Source: Phoronis australis (taxonomy: Eukaryota; Animalia; Phoronida). Taken from it: 64,000 nt of DNA. The position numbers and the translations under genes were made by a program. Of this stretch, positions 50,608 to 62,232 are shown in pieces (position 1 is the stretch's first letter; the number at the start of each line of letters is the position of its first letter). The notes beneath the pieces are model-generated. The model saw only the letters and a list, made by a program, of their open reading frames with translations. It did not search any database and was not told where the DNA came from. The stretch spans positions 130,380 to 194,379 of the forward strand of contig NMRA01000133.1 of assembly GCA_002633005.1 (NCBI GenBank). Direction: 5' to 3'.

Positions 50608-53600
50608 GTAAGTAATGATGCATATCAGGGCGTCACCTAGATCAGTGTCAAATTCATTCAAATGGTTGTCTTAAAACTGATTTTGTAACCAGCTGTGAAC
50701 TCGAAATTATCAAAAAAATATCACTGGTCTGTGTTAATCTTGCTTAGCCTCAGGAAAATTGCTTAACAATTAATATTAATGAATTTCAGTTGGAAAACAA
50801 TTGTTTCCAAAATGCGAGATATAGTACCTTGCAATTTTCCTAAGTCTGCATTTTGCCTTCTGCATCTAGGTGAAGCTCGGTATAATACATGGGTTTCATG
50901 AATCTGATAAATGCTCAAGAAATGTTGTTTCTGGTTGAAAATGCTGAAATCTATCAGTTGATTTAATATGGGTAAAACTGACTTTGTGCCTGGTTTGAGA
51001 CCGTCATTTATATGTCTTGACAGCACTATTAATCCAAATGTGCTGAAGAGCTACTTTAGAATTTGCAAGAAAAGCATCTGGTCAATAAACCTCCCACACC
51101 TACTGAGAAAAAGGTGTGTGGAACTCTGTACCCCATTCAAGTGTCATCTGACATGTTTTCATTGGGGTGACTGATGGCCCACATTGAATGATAGCACTTT
51201 TCATTTTCCCCCTCTCCTATCATTACCTTATTAATATAACAATTGCTTTGCCACACTGTTTCATTGTTGTCTGCTTTTGGTCAGTGAAAGCCAATAGGCC
51301 CATGAAGAGACTTAATTTCCTACTCAATAGCAATCTCATTTGAAAGGTCACCTTTTGAGGAATAAATATTTGTTATATTGGGTAACAGGTAAGTTTAGAA
51401 TCCATCATAATGTTTCCCAAATCACTTGTGTCCAGCTTTGCACAAATGCTGGAGAAGAAGGGAAAAATGGAAATGGAAATGGAAGTAATTGTTTCCATAT
51501 TATAGGAAATGTAATGTAGTTATTTCATTATGATTAAGGATAATTTATAGCCATTTAGTTCAATTCCACGAATTTGCATTCAGAGTTTTGTTTTTCTCTG
51601 TAAAATAACCAGCGTTAATAAACCTTCTAGTTTGCTACAAATTGCGGTATGTGTTGTTAGTTACAAATTCTGCACTCCACTCTTATCCCAAAGTCTCAAT
51701 AGTTTGTAAACGCCCTTTAGACACCTTCAAAATACATGTTGAAATCAATATCCTGTGGTTCACTGAACTATTGATTTTATTGATGTCTTAGCACTTTTTG
51801 TTATTGTTTATATTACAAAATACGAAGATGTGACCTTGACTAAAACCCTCTATTGTATTAACTGTAGTAACTTAACATGCGCACCCAGCCTAAAAATGGG
51901 AGCTCGAACTTTTTGAGTATGTAAACCTTTTACTAACATTCACGGGTGCGTTCAGAGTTATGAATTGTGTATTCGCCAAATTTTGGTAGTTCCTGCCTTT
52001 TTAATGGACTTTTGTCTCGTTTTCTACTTTTTTTTCTGAGTTTCTGTTTCTCTGAGGCAGACCTTTTTGCCCACTTCATTCGAGCCCACCCCGAGCCACC
52101 CCCCCCCCACCGGGTGCACACATGCTTTAAGTGCTCTTTCTGGCTTGCTCAAGATAGTATTAGCAATAATTATTTTAAACAAGGGCCATTGAACACTGTT
52201 GTGGCTTCTGCAAGAGTCCAGCTTCCAACGTCTTGTGATAGGCCTGTGAGGAAGCTAGAATCCGCAGTAGTGTAATGAATGAAGTGTTCAGTAGCACAAG
52301 AAAATTTGCTGCCAACATACAGTAATTTATTCTGTAAAAACATGTCCAAGACATTCATATTTTGTGAATAGTTCGAAATATAATATAGTTTGCTACCTAA
52401 TAATGTCAGTTAAGGGGATTCAGTTGTTATGTAAAGAGTGAGAACCCTTAGAAACAGATATCTTAAAATCCTGTTGGTTTGGCTCTTTAAGGTTTTATAA
52501 ACAGTCATGCTTTAGCAATAAAGACAATGAACTTGTAACAAAAAACAGCATTTGGTAAAATTTCCTTAGCAATAGTAATTTACAGGGGTTCTAGATTTTG
52601 AGAACCAGTTTGATACTTGGTATTCAGTGGAGAAAACTGGTTCTAAAAATGCGGGGAACGGTCCAAAAGTGAGACTAGGAAGTGGTATAACATGACGGAC
52701 TGGCTGTAACGCACATCAAGCGACAAAACTACTTCTGATATAGACCACTTACGCTTACGAAATTGGTTTCAAAATTTCCTTAGTCAGAGTGGGCATGATT
52801 TTGGGCTTGGAAGAACTGATAGTTCATTATTGCTTGGGATAGACCTCTACAAGTTGACTTGTCACACAGTGTCATTTTACCCATAATGCCAAGCTTAGTC
52901 TGGGACAATAACGAACTGTCAGTTGTTTGAAAGACTAAAGATCTCTTCTCATCTTAGTGAATAACGAGTTGAGCATGAGAACAATTTTATTGCAGCCCTA
53001 AGTAATCTAAATCAAAACTTAGTTTTTTGGCGGAATGTAAATTTATTGTCGCGTGTATTTAGGAAGTCAGCTGGGTACTGTAACAACTAGTGTTTCTGTG
53101 GCACTTGTCCAGCAACAGGAATGGAGTGACTGACCACCTTGATTCACATTTTGAAGTGGCTAATTAATTATTGGAAGCAATTTTTAAGTGGATGATTAAT
53201 TATTTGGAGACCACTTCCAAAACCACCACGATGACTGAGTGCCTAGTGTGTGTAGTGGTTAAATCCAAAAACAAACATACAGTAGTTAGAAAATAATAGT
53301 TTTTAAAAAAGTTGATGTTATCTATTCTCATCAAAAAATCAAGAAAACTTTTAAATTTTTTGCTTAATTCTCGAAGTGTTCTCAATCAAACTCATCAAAT
53401 TTGGTCTAATGTTTTTCAGAATCACTAAATATAACAGGCACACATACTTTTATTCTAATCTTATTTTGCACAAAAATAATTGCTAAAACGGTTATTCTCC
53501 ATTTTCAAATGGCCGATTCATGTTTGCAATAATGGGAATGTTGCCAAATGTTGTTTTATGACATCTATATACTGCAAACTATGCTCGTAATAATCTAAAA

Positions 53601-54569
53601 CATTGTTAATCCTGACTTTTGTGGAGAAATTTAACTAAACGGAATTTCACCTGTCGGCCCTGTTGCATGCCAAACAAGTGCAGAATTACCATACAATGAT
53701 GAAGTTGTTTCTTTAATGGTCAAAAAATGTGTATAAATATTTACATTTGGTCAACATTTTTTAAAAATTGTTCTGTGTTTGTATGTAATCTAGGACTGTT
53801 GTGTAAACTCAATAAGTTTGCCTCTTGAACACCAAGGAATTTGACAAAAGCTAACTTCCAAACAAACAAAGTAAATGCTTCAGTGCATTCTGGTTGTATT
53901 AGCCTGTCACTTCCACTATTTTGTTCAGTTTTGGGCTTTGGAGGTCTGGCTTATTACATTGGTGACAGTCTATCTTTCATGCCTTGTAATAGTTTGTACA
54001 ATGACAGTCAGTTTCAACAGTAGCCTTCAGTTTGCTGATCTTTGAAGGTATACACTCAAAGTATGATTCTCAGAGTACAAACCATTGCGGAAAAAACATT
54101 AAAGGCTGGGTTCCCACGAATCGTGTTCGCAAGTTTTTTCCGTGATTTTTTCAAAAAAGTTTTTACTCAAGAGAGCACAGCTAGTAATTCTGCATTTTTT
54201 GTTTATGTAATAAATTTTCAAGATTGCGGGGGGGGGAGATTTCTACAAAAAAGACTTGCACAAAGGGTTTAATGAATAGGAATCATGTAATCTGTATGAG
54301 GTGGCATTTGAGTTGTGTGGTGTGGCGGACAGTCTCTATTTTTAATAGCTTTGACTGGTTATTTGTTCAAGACCCAAAGTTTACAAATCTGTCTAAGCCG
54401 GAATTGTTGTTGTGGTGACTTATGGGTAAACTGTTTATTGTTATATCTAATGCACACTTGAACCAAGTTGGGTTCATTTTACTCAGAATTTGAAATGGGA
54501 TAATAATTTGAAGAGCTCACTTAAGGAGATTTGCATAGTGGTTGTGAAGAAGCCGTCCACCTTTCTAGC

Positions 54570-54890
54570 TCAGACACTTGCCTGATTGTTTGTGATGCCG
54601 TTTTTTGAAGGAAATATGGTGTGTTGTTTCTTTTGGGTTGGAGCCAGAGTTCCGGTGGTGTCCAGAGGTTTTTTAAGCATGTACTTGGGGACTTGAGGTT
54701 TTCTATTGTGGCTTTGTGACTTACTTCTCAGATACTCAAGTGCGTACTTTAAAATACCCGGTGGATAATATGACAAATCATGGATTTTCCTGGCCCTCGT
54801 CCGGTAGATTCATACAGTAATGGTCAGTTTATCCGAGGTCAGGGAGTGCTCTAGCATCGAAGCACTCTCCCAAATCTGCCTGTGATTAGG
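54570..54890 (-). mobile_element. Possible LINE endonuclease-domain remnant
   Basis: A minus frame reads ALPDLG*TDHYCMNL, resembling the APE C-terminal PxLGxSDH motif. Locally richer in GC than the flanks. Confidence 0.3.
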
Positions 54891-56018
54891 TAAGCATAGG
54901 ACTGTGAGAAAATAGCACAAAACACATAAATGAATAATTATATTTTTGTCAATAGTTATTTTCGGTGTTATTACTATTTTTCTCATAAAACAATCTGTGG
55001 AATGTGTGAAATGATAGCATGTGCCTAATTTAGCACAAAACACTGCCAATCAGCTGGACGAAATTACTGAAAACACAAAACAGTTGAAGAGAAGACGTAG
55101 TTTTGTCATTGGTCAGTTTGTGATCACCTGACTTGCAGGTGCAGAAAATTGATACAATTTTCTCTTAACAGTGAGGATATGTGTGTACCCATAATTGACT
55201 TAGAGTGTACAATAGGTGACCAGGTAAAGGGTTACAAATGAAACTGACGCTATTTTGCAGTTGAGGCATAAAACTATGCCAAAGGAGTCTCTTACTCTGC
55301 TTCTTATATTATCCATTTAGGAAGTCCTTACAGAGTACAAAACCTTTGGTGAAGTACCAGCACATCTGGTGAAAATTTTTGGTCAATTCAAGTTTGTGCG
55401 AAATACTTCAAAAAGAAATTAAGTGCAATTACTTGGGATTTAAGCTGGGAATTTAGAGGAGCATTCAAAGCATATCAGTAAATTGCATCAGTCAAACATT
55501 TATCAATTTTCTTCTTTTATCTCTTTGACCACGTTATCTAGTTAGGATAATAACTTATGCCTTGAATTTATCACAAATACCATCTTGATACCATAATCTT
55601 GTTAAACCTGTTCATGAATATTACGCCGTTGTGATATATTTTCTATTAAATCTTCCATTCATTTTCTGGCTTGTTTCAAGACTTAGACAGCTCTAATACC
55701 TCTGTTTTGTTTGTGAATCACTAATAATACATCCTTCCTTACTATGCAAAGCTGATATATTTAAGACTTTGTCTGACCTCTGGTCTACTTCAAAAAATTA
55801 AGACTTCACCTTTGTCACAAGTGCTACACTATTGGATCAAGTTTCAATAAACATGGATGGATATGGCAGAGGGTTGTGGAATTTTATTTTTTCAAATTTT
55901 CCCTACAAAAATAAACGTTCAATGTGAGTATGTGTATTATGAATTTGTCTTAAAACATCGCCAGGAAGGTAGCCAGCTTTTCTTAGAAAAAAATTAACTC
56001 TAATTACCTGTAATTTAA

Positions 56019-56630
56019 AGTTTTACAGAATTTTGGAAATGTTCAAATTTTGCTGACTCTTGAACATAAAAGCTCAGAAATCATTGATTACTTTTGTACG
56101 AAACTTTCAGAAGATTTTCAAAGTTCTCCAAAACACTGTTAAAAATTGTTTTTAAAATGTCTCACTTTTACATGAGGTGGTTTCAAAAATTAGACTTTCA
56201 TGATTTTCATAAAAAATAAAGTTGCATAAAATGTAAAAATATTCTTGAAAACTGTAACAGTGTTATTGAGATCTCACCTTGAACATTTAAGTAAAATTTG
56301 ATCGTGTTATTGATTGCTATCAACGTACCTTTCTTTTTTCCTAAATTTTACTAAAAAGGACATAGTTAGGTGACTCAATTAATAACAGATGGTAAAAAAG
56401 TTGAAAATCAAATTGCATCGACTTTTTACTTTCAGAAAATATAATATGAATATAATATAAATATAATATAAATATAATATAAATATAATATAAATATAAT
56501 ATAAATATAATATAAATATAATATAAATATAATATAAATATAATATAAATATAATATAAAATCTACATTTATGCAGATATTTTGATAAATACGCTGACGT
56601 GCCAATATATCAATATAGTTCTACATCACC
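56019..56630 (+). mobile_element. MITE family B, copy 3, with an internal AT-rich tandem expansion
   Basis: TTAA flanks at 56015-56018 and 56631-56634. Blocks aaatgttcaaattt and ggacatagttaggtgactcaattaa are shared with 13754-14238; right end gttctacatcacc. Confidence 0.7.
56437..56560. repeat. 11-bp tandem repeat (AAATATAATAT), ~11 copies
   Basis: Directly visible near-perfect array. Confidence 0.97.
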
Positions 56631-57659
56631 TTAATTAAGTGTCAGTTTTGATATTAATGTGTCACCTTTTGTGACTATTGCTGCATTCCCTCGCCAACTT
56701 TATAATTAGACTTCTACAACTCTGTTGGGAAGTGGACCTTGGATAATTGTGAGCCATTATATAATGGTTCTCCATGATTATGTGGTAATTGGCTCATCTT
56801 GCTGATGATAATTTTCAAATTATTGGTGTGACATTACCTGACGTAATAGTGTGAATCATTGCCATTCTCACTTTTCCTTCTGTTCTGTTTGGAATTACTT
56901 GTATTGAAAAGAGTTAGAGTAGCCTTCCATTTGATGCTTATCTCGATATCAATCTGATCTGTAATACATTTGCACTCCTACTCTGGAAGTATGTTGCAAT
57001 AAACCATTTTCTGGTAACAGAAACAAATTCACAAACTACCATAAGTAGATTTCCTTTCTTACTTGGTAGTGAAGTGATGTAATACTAGACTCTTTCTTTT
57101 CTTTCAAATCTTATTCATTTTTGTACTGAACTGCAATCCTTTATCACTGTATGATGGCGCCATCTATTGACCAGGCATCTGTGAATTTTTTGTTGGTCTC
57201 ACTTGACAATGTAAAGTTGGTCAAGTCGGTTAGAAGGAACTTGCTCTCATGGCTCTATCTTAAGACTGAGAACAGCAAACATCCTGAAATGTACTACAAC
57301 ATATACCACGGTAAAATTATGGAAAATTGCACTGAGTGTTGAGTGAGGCCTCAAGTTCAGTTTTTAGTTTTCATTTTATTCGACCTCTGTCATTGTTGTT
57401 AATGTAAACAATTTTTCAAAATATCATATGATGGTAACTATGGAACTGAACTTAAAAATAGTTAATCATTAATTTAGTGCTACTTATGAGAAATTGAGAA
57501 AATAAAATTTCACTTGGTAGCATTTCACCGCAGGGGTTTTCTGGTTGCAGTGATGTAGTACAGTAAGCCAACATGCAGTAGTGCTACCTATTGGCAAATA
57601 ATGTAACAGTCTGTCAAACCATACAAAATAATTTCTAACCTAGTTTCTTCTTTTCACAG

Positions 57660-57770
57660 GCCTACAAGTTGAGTTACATACAGTCCAAGGCTGCCCCTGG
57701 ACTGACAGTGCTGCCACCTGGTGACAGAACATTCTCCGCTGCCCAAGGTCACAAACCTACTGATGCACAG
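57660..57770 (+). CDS. PCDH: Protocadherin cytoplasmic exon 2 (AYKLSYIQSKAAPGLTVLPPGDRTFSAAQGHKPTDAQ)
   Basis: Branch-point-like ctaac plus tttcttcttttcacAG at 57658-57659, donor CAG|GTATTT at 57771. 111 nt, open, phase 0/0, so it can be skipped in frame. Confidence 0.8.
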
Positions 57771-58653
57771 GTATTTTGCGTTTGAAGACTCTTGTCAAAT
57801 TTCACTAGTCAAAGCCAGTCGATAAATAAACTTCGATTGAAGTAAAAATTCTTCAGTTTGGTCAAGTCAATAAGGAATCGAAATTGAGATTTTTCTGTTT
57901 TTCAGGGGGTTACGTCATTGCCGCAAATGCTCAAGAAATTTCCTGAAGAGTTATTTTTTGGGGGAAATTTGACGGAATAAAATTTCCCTTGTCCACCATT
58001 TTGTTTCCCACACTGAAGAATTTTTACCAACAACTTTTGTCAGAAACTTACGAGTAACAATTTGACTGTTGAGCCAGTTGAAATAAAAATGTTTGCTGGC
58101 AGTTCAATGCCTGAATTGCCACCTACCTTTGGCCCATTGCACAAGACACCTGATTTGAAACTCTTGAGAACTCTTATATAGTCATTAGGCTCTTGGTGAG
58201 ACAGGGTGCAGAGGTCTGTAGAGTACAATAGACACTTTTGCTTGGACTTCAGTGAGCAGCTTCTTTTGTTTGGGGACATACATTGGTGTCTAAATGAAGT
58301 TTTTTGAAGAGATTTTAAATTAAAATGCTACAGTATTTTTCATTTCACTTTTAAAATGAACTTCCTTAAAATTCCAACAGAAATGATTGCAGAAATTGTA
58401 TTTTTTGCATTTGTCCAAATCTGACTGCCTTTTTGATAATGCCTTGAGATTCGCTGTAGGTTGAGTTGTGACTCAAAATGTATTAACAATGAAGACAGAG
58501 CTGTTCCTATGGCATTTACTGTTGCTGAAAAAAGGAGGAAATTCAGTCGCGCTGTTTCGTCATATTGTGGACTTAGTTTAAGAAACTTTACTGTATTTAT
58601 AGCATTTCACCAGGTGAGCATTTTTCATGACATATCTTGCTGTATTATTTTAG

Positions 58654-58798
58654 GTGAATAGCCTGATTAGCATGCTGAAGAGAGACCATCGCGACAGTGA
58701 CAGCGCATGCTCCGTTGAGATCAGTAACCCTGACAGTGGGCGGGGCTCTAGTGAGGTCGATATACACTCCCGTTGCAGTAGGCAATCGCCTAATCAAG
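58654..58798 (+). CDS. PCDH: Protocadherin cytoplasmic exon 3 with a CM1-like motif
   Basis: Acceptor tattattttAG at 58652-58653, donor AAG|GTGAGT at 58799; 145 nt, phase 0/1. Encodes DSDSACS...PDSGRGSSE (delta-protocadherin CM1 core DSGxGxS). Confidence 0.92.
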
Positions 58799-59359
58799 GT
58801 GAGTCACACCTGCAGGTATTGCACTACACTAACTGGTGGGCATTTAAATCTACATTAAATGAACTTGTTCTTATCCACCTTTAAAGTCACGTACGGTGCT
58901 TTTAGGCGAAACTAAAACAAGTCAAATTATCAAATTGGCGCCAGCCAATCTTTGTGTTGAAAAGTTGGAAAACACCACGTTCTCCACGTGTGATGCTGAA
59001 ACAATGGCTTCGACCTCAAATTGTAAACCAAACGCATTTTTTGTTCCCAAAAGATGGAGGTTCAGAAAAGTTTGCGGAGATGCGTGTTTGAAGACAGACA
59101 TATTCTATTTAATGCTTCTATTCTTAAAGGGGCACTATAAACCGTGCTTTAGTGACTTCACCCAAAACTTGTTCCGTCCTCTTTTATTGCACAATTTGTA
59201 TCTCCCCGCAGAGATAAAAGCTCTGTAACCTTTGACCTTGAATAAGGACTAAACAAATTTCCTGCTAAATTTTTTTTCTCGGGTCACTATATGTATTTCG
59301 TATTTGATGTTCTCCAAGAATAAAGATAAGGTGTTTTGTTAGTCATGTGAAAATTGTAA

Positions 59360-59398
59360 TCATGGCCATTCTTTTAATAAGGTTTGAGATAACCTTAA
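59360..59398. mobile_element. Right terminus of the 28547-29874 TTAA element family
   Basis: catggccattcttttaataa-GGTTTGAGATAACC|TTAA. Confidence 0.65.
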
Positions 59399-60087
59399 AA
59401 CCATTCCATTATCGAAAAGTCGATTTTGTGGTCCAATTTGGTCAATCTCTCCCTTTGGCCATCATTTCAATTGTCCACTGTGTTAGTAATGCTTCCTGAC
59501 GAAAGCTTGACTAAAGCAATAGTGCATTATTATGTTTCTACAATTTTAGTCAAAGTTTATGCTATATCTGTTTGTAGGAATTTATTGTTCTTTATCATGT
59601 ACTGACTTGAGCTTGGGTTGCATATAAAATGATAATCAGATGTTATTTGTCTCACAGTGGTACAAAAAAACATAAGTTAGTGGACGTGTCAAAAAGAAAG
59701 CAGTGGAAGTGCATACCATAGTATGCTGCACCTCAAACTTTTTTTCCAACCTTTTATTTACACGGTTTGGTTTCATTAGTCTTAGCTGATATCTTTACAT
59801 ATTCATTGTTCTTTTTAGTAGAATACTAATATTTGGAGTCACAAACCAATCGTAGAAATAATAATGGCTCAATATTAATAATTCATAGAATTCATAGATG
59901 TGAAACTAAAACGCACATGAATACTTACAGGGTTGTAGTTTACAAAATGCACTTGTTTTATAAACCTATCTTTCAATTGATGAGACTCGTTTTGTGAAAA
60001 CAAAGAAAATAGTATCTTTTAAATAAAACATGAACATTATCATTTTCAAAAACCAAAATTTTCTGATATTTTTGTGGTCTCTTTCAG

Positions 60088-60710
60088 CCATGTATTATGA
60101 CCTCCATCGTCACAGCAGGAGGTCCAATTCCGCATCAATCCTTGATCAGCCTCAGTCTAAACCTCTGCAACAAATTCGATATACGCCTCCATACGCAAAG
60201 AACTTGCCGTACTACCCATCAGCACAATATTCGCATAATGACATCAGTCATCAGGCTCCTGTACACAAGAGTTATAGTGGCAATTTTATACCCGGGATTG
60301 TACCAAGAAGCAGACAATATTCAGATCAGGTCAGAGGTCAACAGAGACACTCTGACTACTATAATACTGCACCGCCACCTATTGCCAATGGTGCAAAGTT
60401 GAATGCTGCCACTTACCAAAATGGTGGGGGCATGTACAATGGTTATAGCAGACATTCACTGAAGTATAACCGACCAAATAGAAATCGCAGGAGAGATCCT
60501 ACGGGGACTCTAGTTCATGATGAAAGTATTGATGAAATTTCTGGGGACAGTGATGTGGACAATTACTCGTGCGGTGATATAGATAAAGAACAAAATATTG
60601 GAGAAGAATCGAGCGATGGTGGCTCTACAACATCCGGAGAGTACATGGTGGACGCGGACGGAATGGTACAGGAAGTTGACCACTTATTCTTCCAAGACAT
60701 GGTTGTGTAA
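60088..60710 (+). CDS. PCDH: Protocadherin terminal coding exon (AMYYDLHRHS...STTSGEYMVDADGMVQEVDHLFFQDMVV*)
   Basis: Acceptor ggtctctttcAG at 60086-60087; phase 1 joins the previous exon (G+CC = Ala). Open to TAA at 60708-60710. The full spliced product is about 1197 aa. Confidence 0.9.
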
Positions 60711-61292
60711 TATTACCTAATCACAGAATTCTTGCTCTTTTATACTCGCCAGACGTTTTGATGTATATTGATGTTTGTAAGTTGCATTACAATACAATTT
60801 TTATTTGTAAGACTTGTTGTTTTTCTTTTGCATAAAAGTTGTAGTGATTTGTTTAATTAAAGGATGAAATAACCGGTTGTCAATCACCTCATTTGAACAA
60901 GCTGTTGACTTAATTAAATCAATTTTATTCTACATATGATTTTATTTTTGAAGCTTGAAAAGTTATTGTTGCTATAGATTTTTGTACAGTAATTAGTTTA
61001 TTTATGAATGTATTTGGTTTGTCTCATTATGACGAAGTAAATATTGGCACCCTGTGAATATTTAGTGAAGAGATAAAAATCTCATGCCAGATGTTCAGTG
61101 AACTAGATAAACAACTAGATTTATAATTAGATTTATTTTTTAATTGTTTTTTTCTGCCACTGGATGCTTTAAACTGTTCCTCAGATTTAATACACTTTAA
61201 TGTAAAAGAGTGGTCATGTTTCTATGGTATCAAATGAAGTGCACTCCTTGGTAAAAAAGAGGTATTTTTTTCTCTTTGTTAAATTTTGTTGA

Positions 61293-61649
61293 TAAATTTA
61301 ACAACGTGCAGTTTCGCTTTTCTGCAAAATGGCTTGTGTCTTCATAACTGTACAAGTATAATGTAAATTTGACAACATACAGTTGCGCTTTTATGCAAAA
61401 TGGCTTGTGTCTTCATAACTGTGTAAATATAATGTAAATTTGACAACATACAATTGCCCTTTTCTGCAAAATGGCTTGTGTCTTCATAACTGTACAAGTA
61501 TAATGTAAATTTGACAACATACAGTTGGGCTTTTCTGCAAAATGGCTTGTTTCTTCATAACTGTATAAATATGATATAAATTTGACAACATACAATTGCG
61601 CTTTTCTGCAAGATGACTTGTGTCTGTGTAACTATACAAATATAATGTG
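61293..61649. repeat. 71-bp tandem repeat, ~5 copies, in the predicted protocadherin 3' UTR
   Basis: tgcaa(aatggcttgtg) recurs at 61323, 61394, 61465, 61536 and 61607, an exact 71-bp period. Confidence 0.95.
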
Positions 61650-61788
61650 ACCCTTACACATCCAATGTTAGTAAGTAAAGAACTTTAGAGACCCTATCAC
61701 ACACATTGCATGTGCAGGTTTCTTGACTTGCCTATATGTTTATATCAAGTGTTTATTGAACATGCTTGTTTTAATAAGTTATTTTTGT

Positions 61789-61794
61789 AATAAA
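61789..61794 (+). terminator. Candidate protocadherin polyadenylation signal
   Basis: AATAAA followed ~20 nt later by cacagtgttttattttttgt (CA cleavage site plus a GT/T-rich element). Confidence 0.65.
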
Positions 61795-62020
61795 ATTACT
61801 CCAACAAAATCACAGTGTTTTATTTTTTGTATAGGTGCTGTGTAAACTTTGACATTAAGGGACCTCTACAAAATCTGTGTCATTGCTCTGTCCTGGGAGT
61901 AATATATATTGGTCCTAGCTCTGTCCAAGCCCTTGAAAGGTTGTCAGCATTCATGGTTGTGAGCAGCTCACCTATGTAATAAGCACAAACAGTTGCTTTT
62001 GATTATAAATTTTGGTATTT

Positions 62021-62232
62021 TCGAGGAGGCAGTGTGGCTTGGTTGATAAGTGCCCGCTTTCTTTACTCGAGGTCGTGGGTTCGTGTCTCACCATATCACA
62101 CTGCTAAACCCTTGAGCCAGGTTTCTAGCTCCTCAGCTCGGTTTTAACCATATATTAATAAAGCATAAAAATATTTTCAGGTGATCAGTGCAATGGGCCC
62201 ACATGCGAGGCCTGCGCACGTCTGGTACAACG
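62021..62232 (+). mobile_element. tRNA-derived SINE, copy 2
   Basis: gaggaggcagtgtggcttggttgataag (A-box), ggtcgtgggttcgtgtctcacc (B-box), then cccttgagccagg. Homologous to 20030-20255. Confidence 0.8.

Noticed and set aside
47710-50661. Short minus-strand ORFs overlapping the protocadherin exon
   Set aside because: Antisense shadows of the coding strand with no independent motifs.
50560-57750. WIRS (WAVE-binding) or PP1-binding RVxF motifs in the protocadherin tail (VTTF, DRTF)
   Set aside because: Neither matches the consensus well enough to call.
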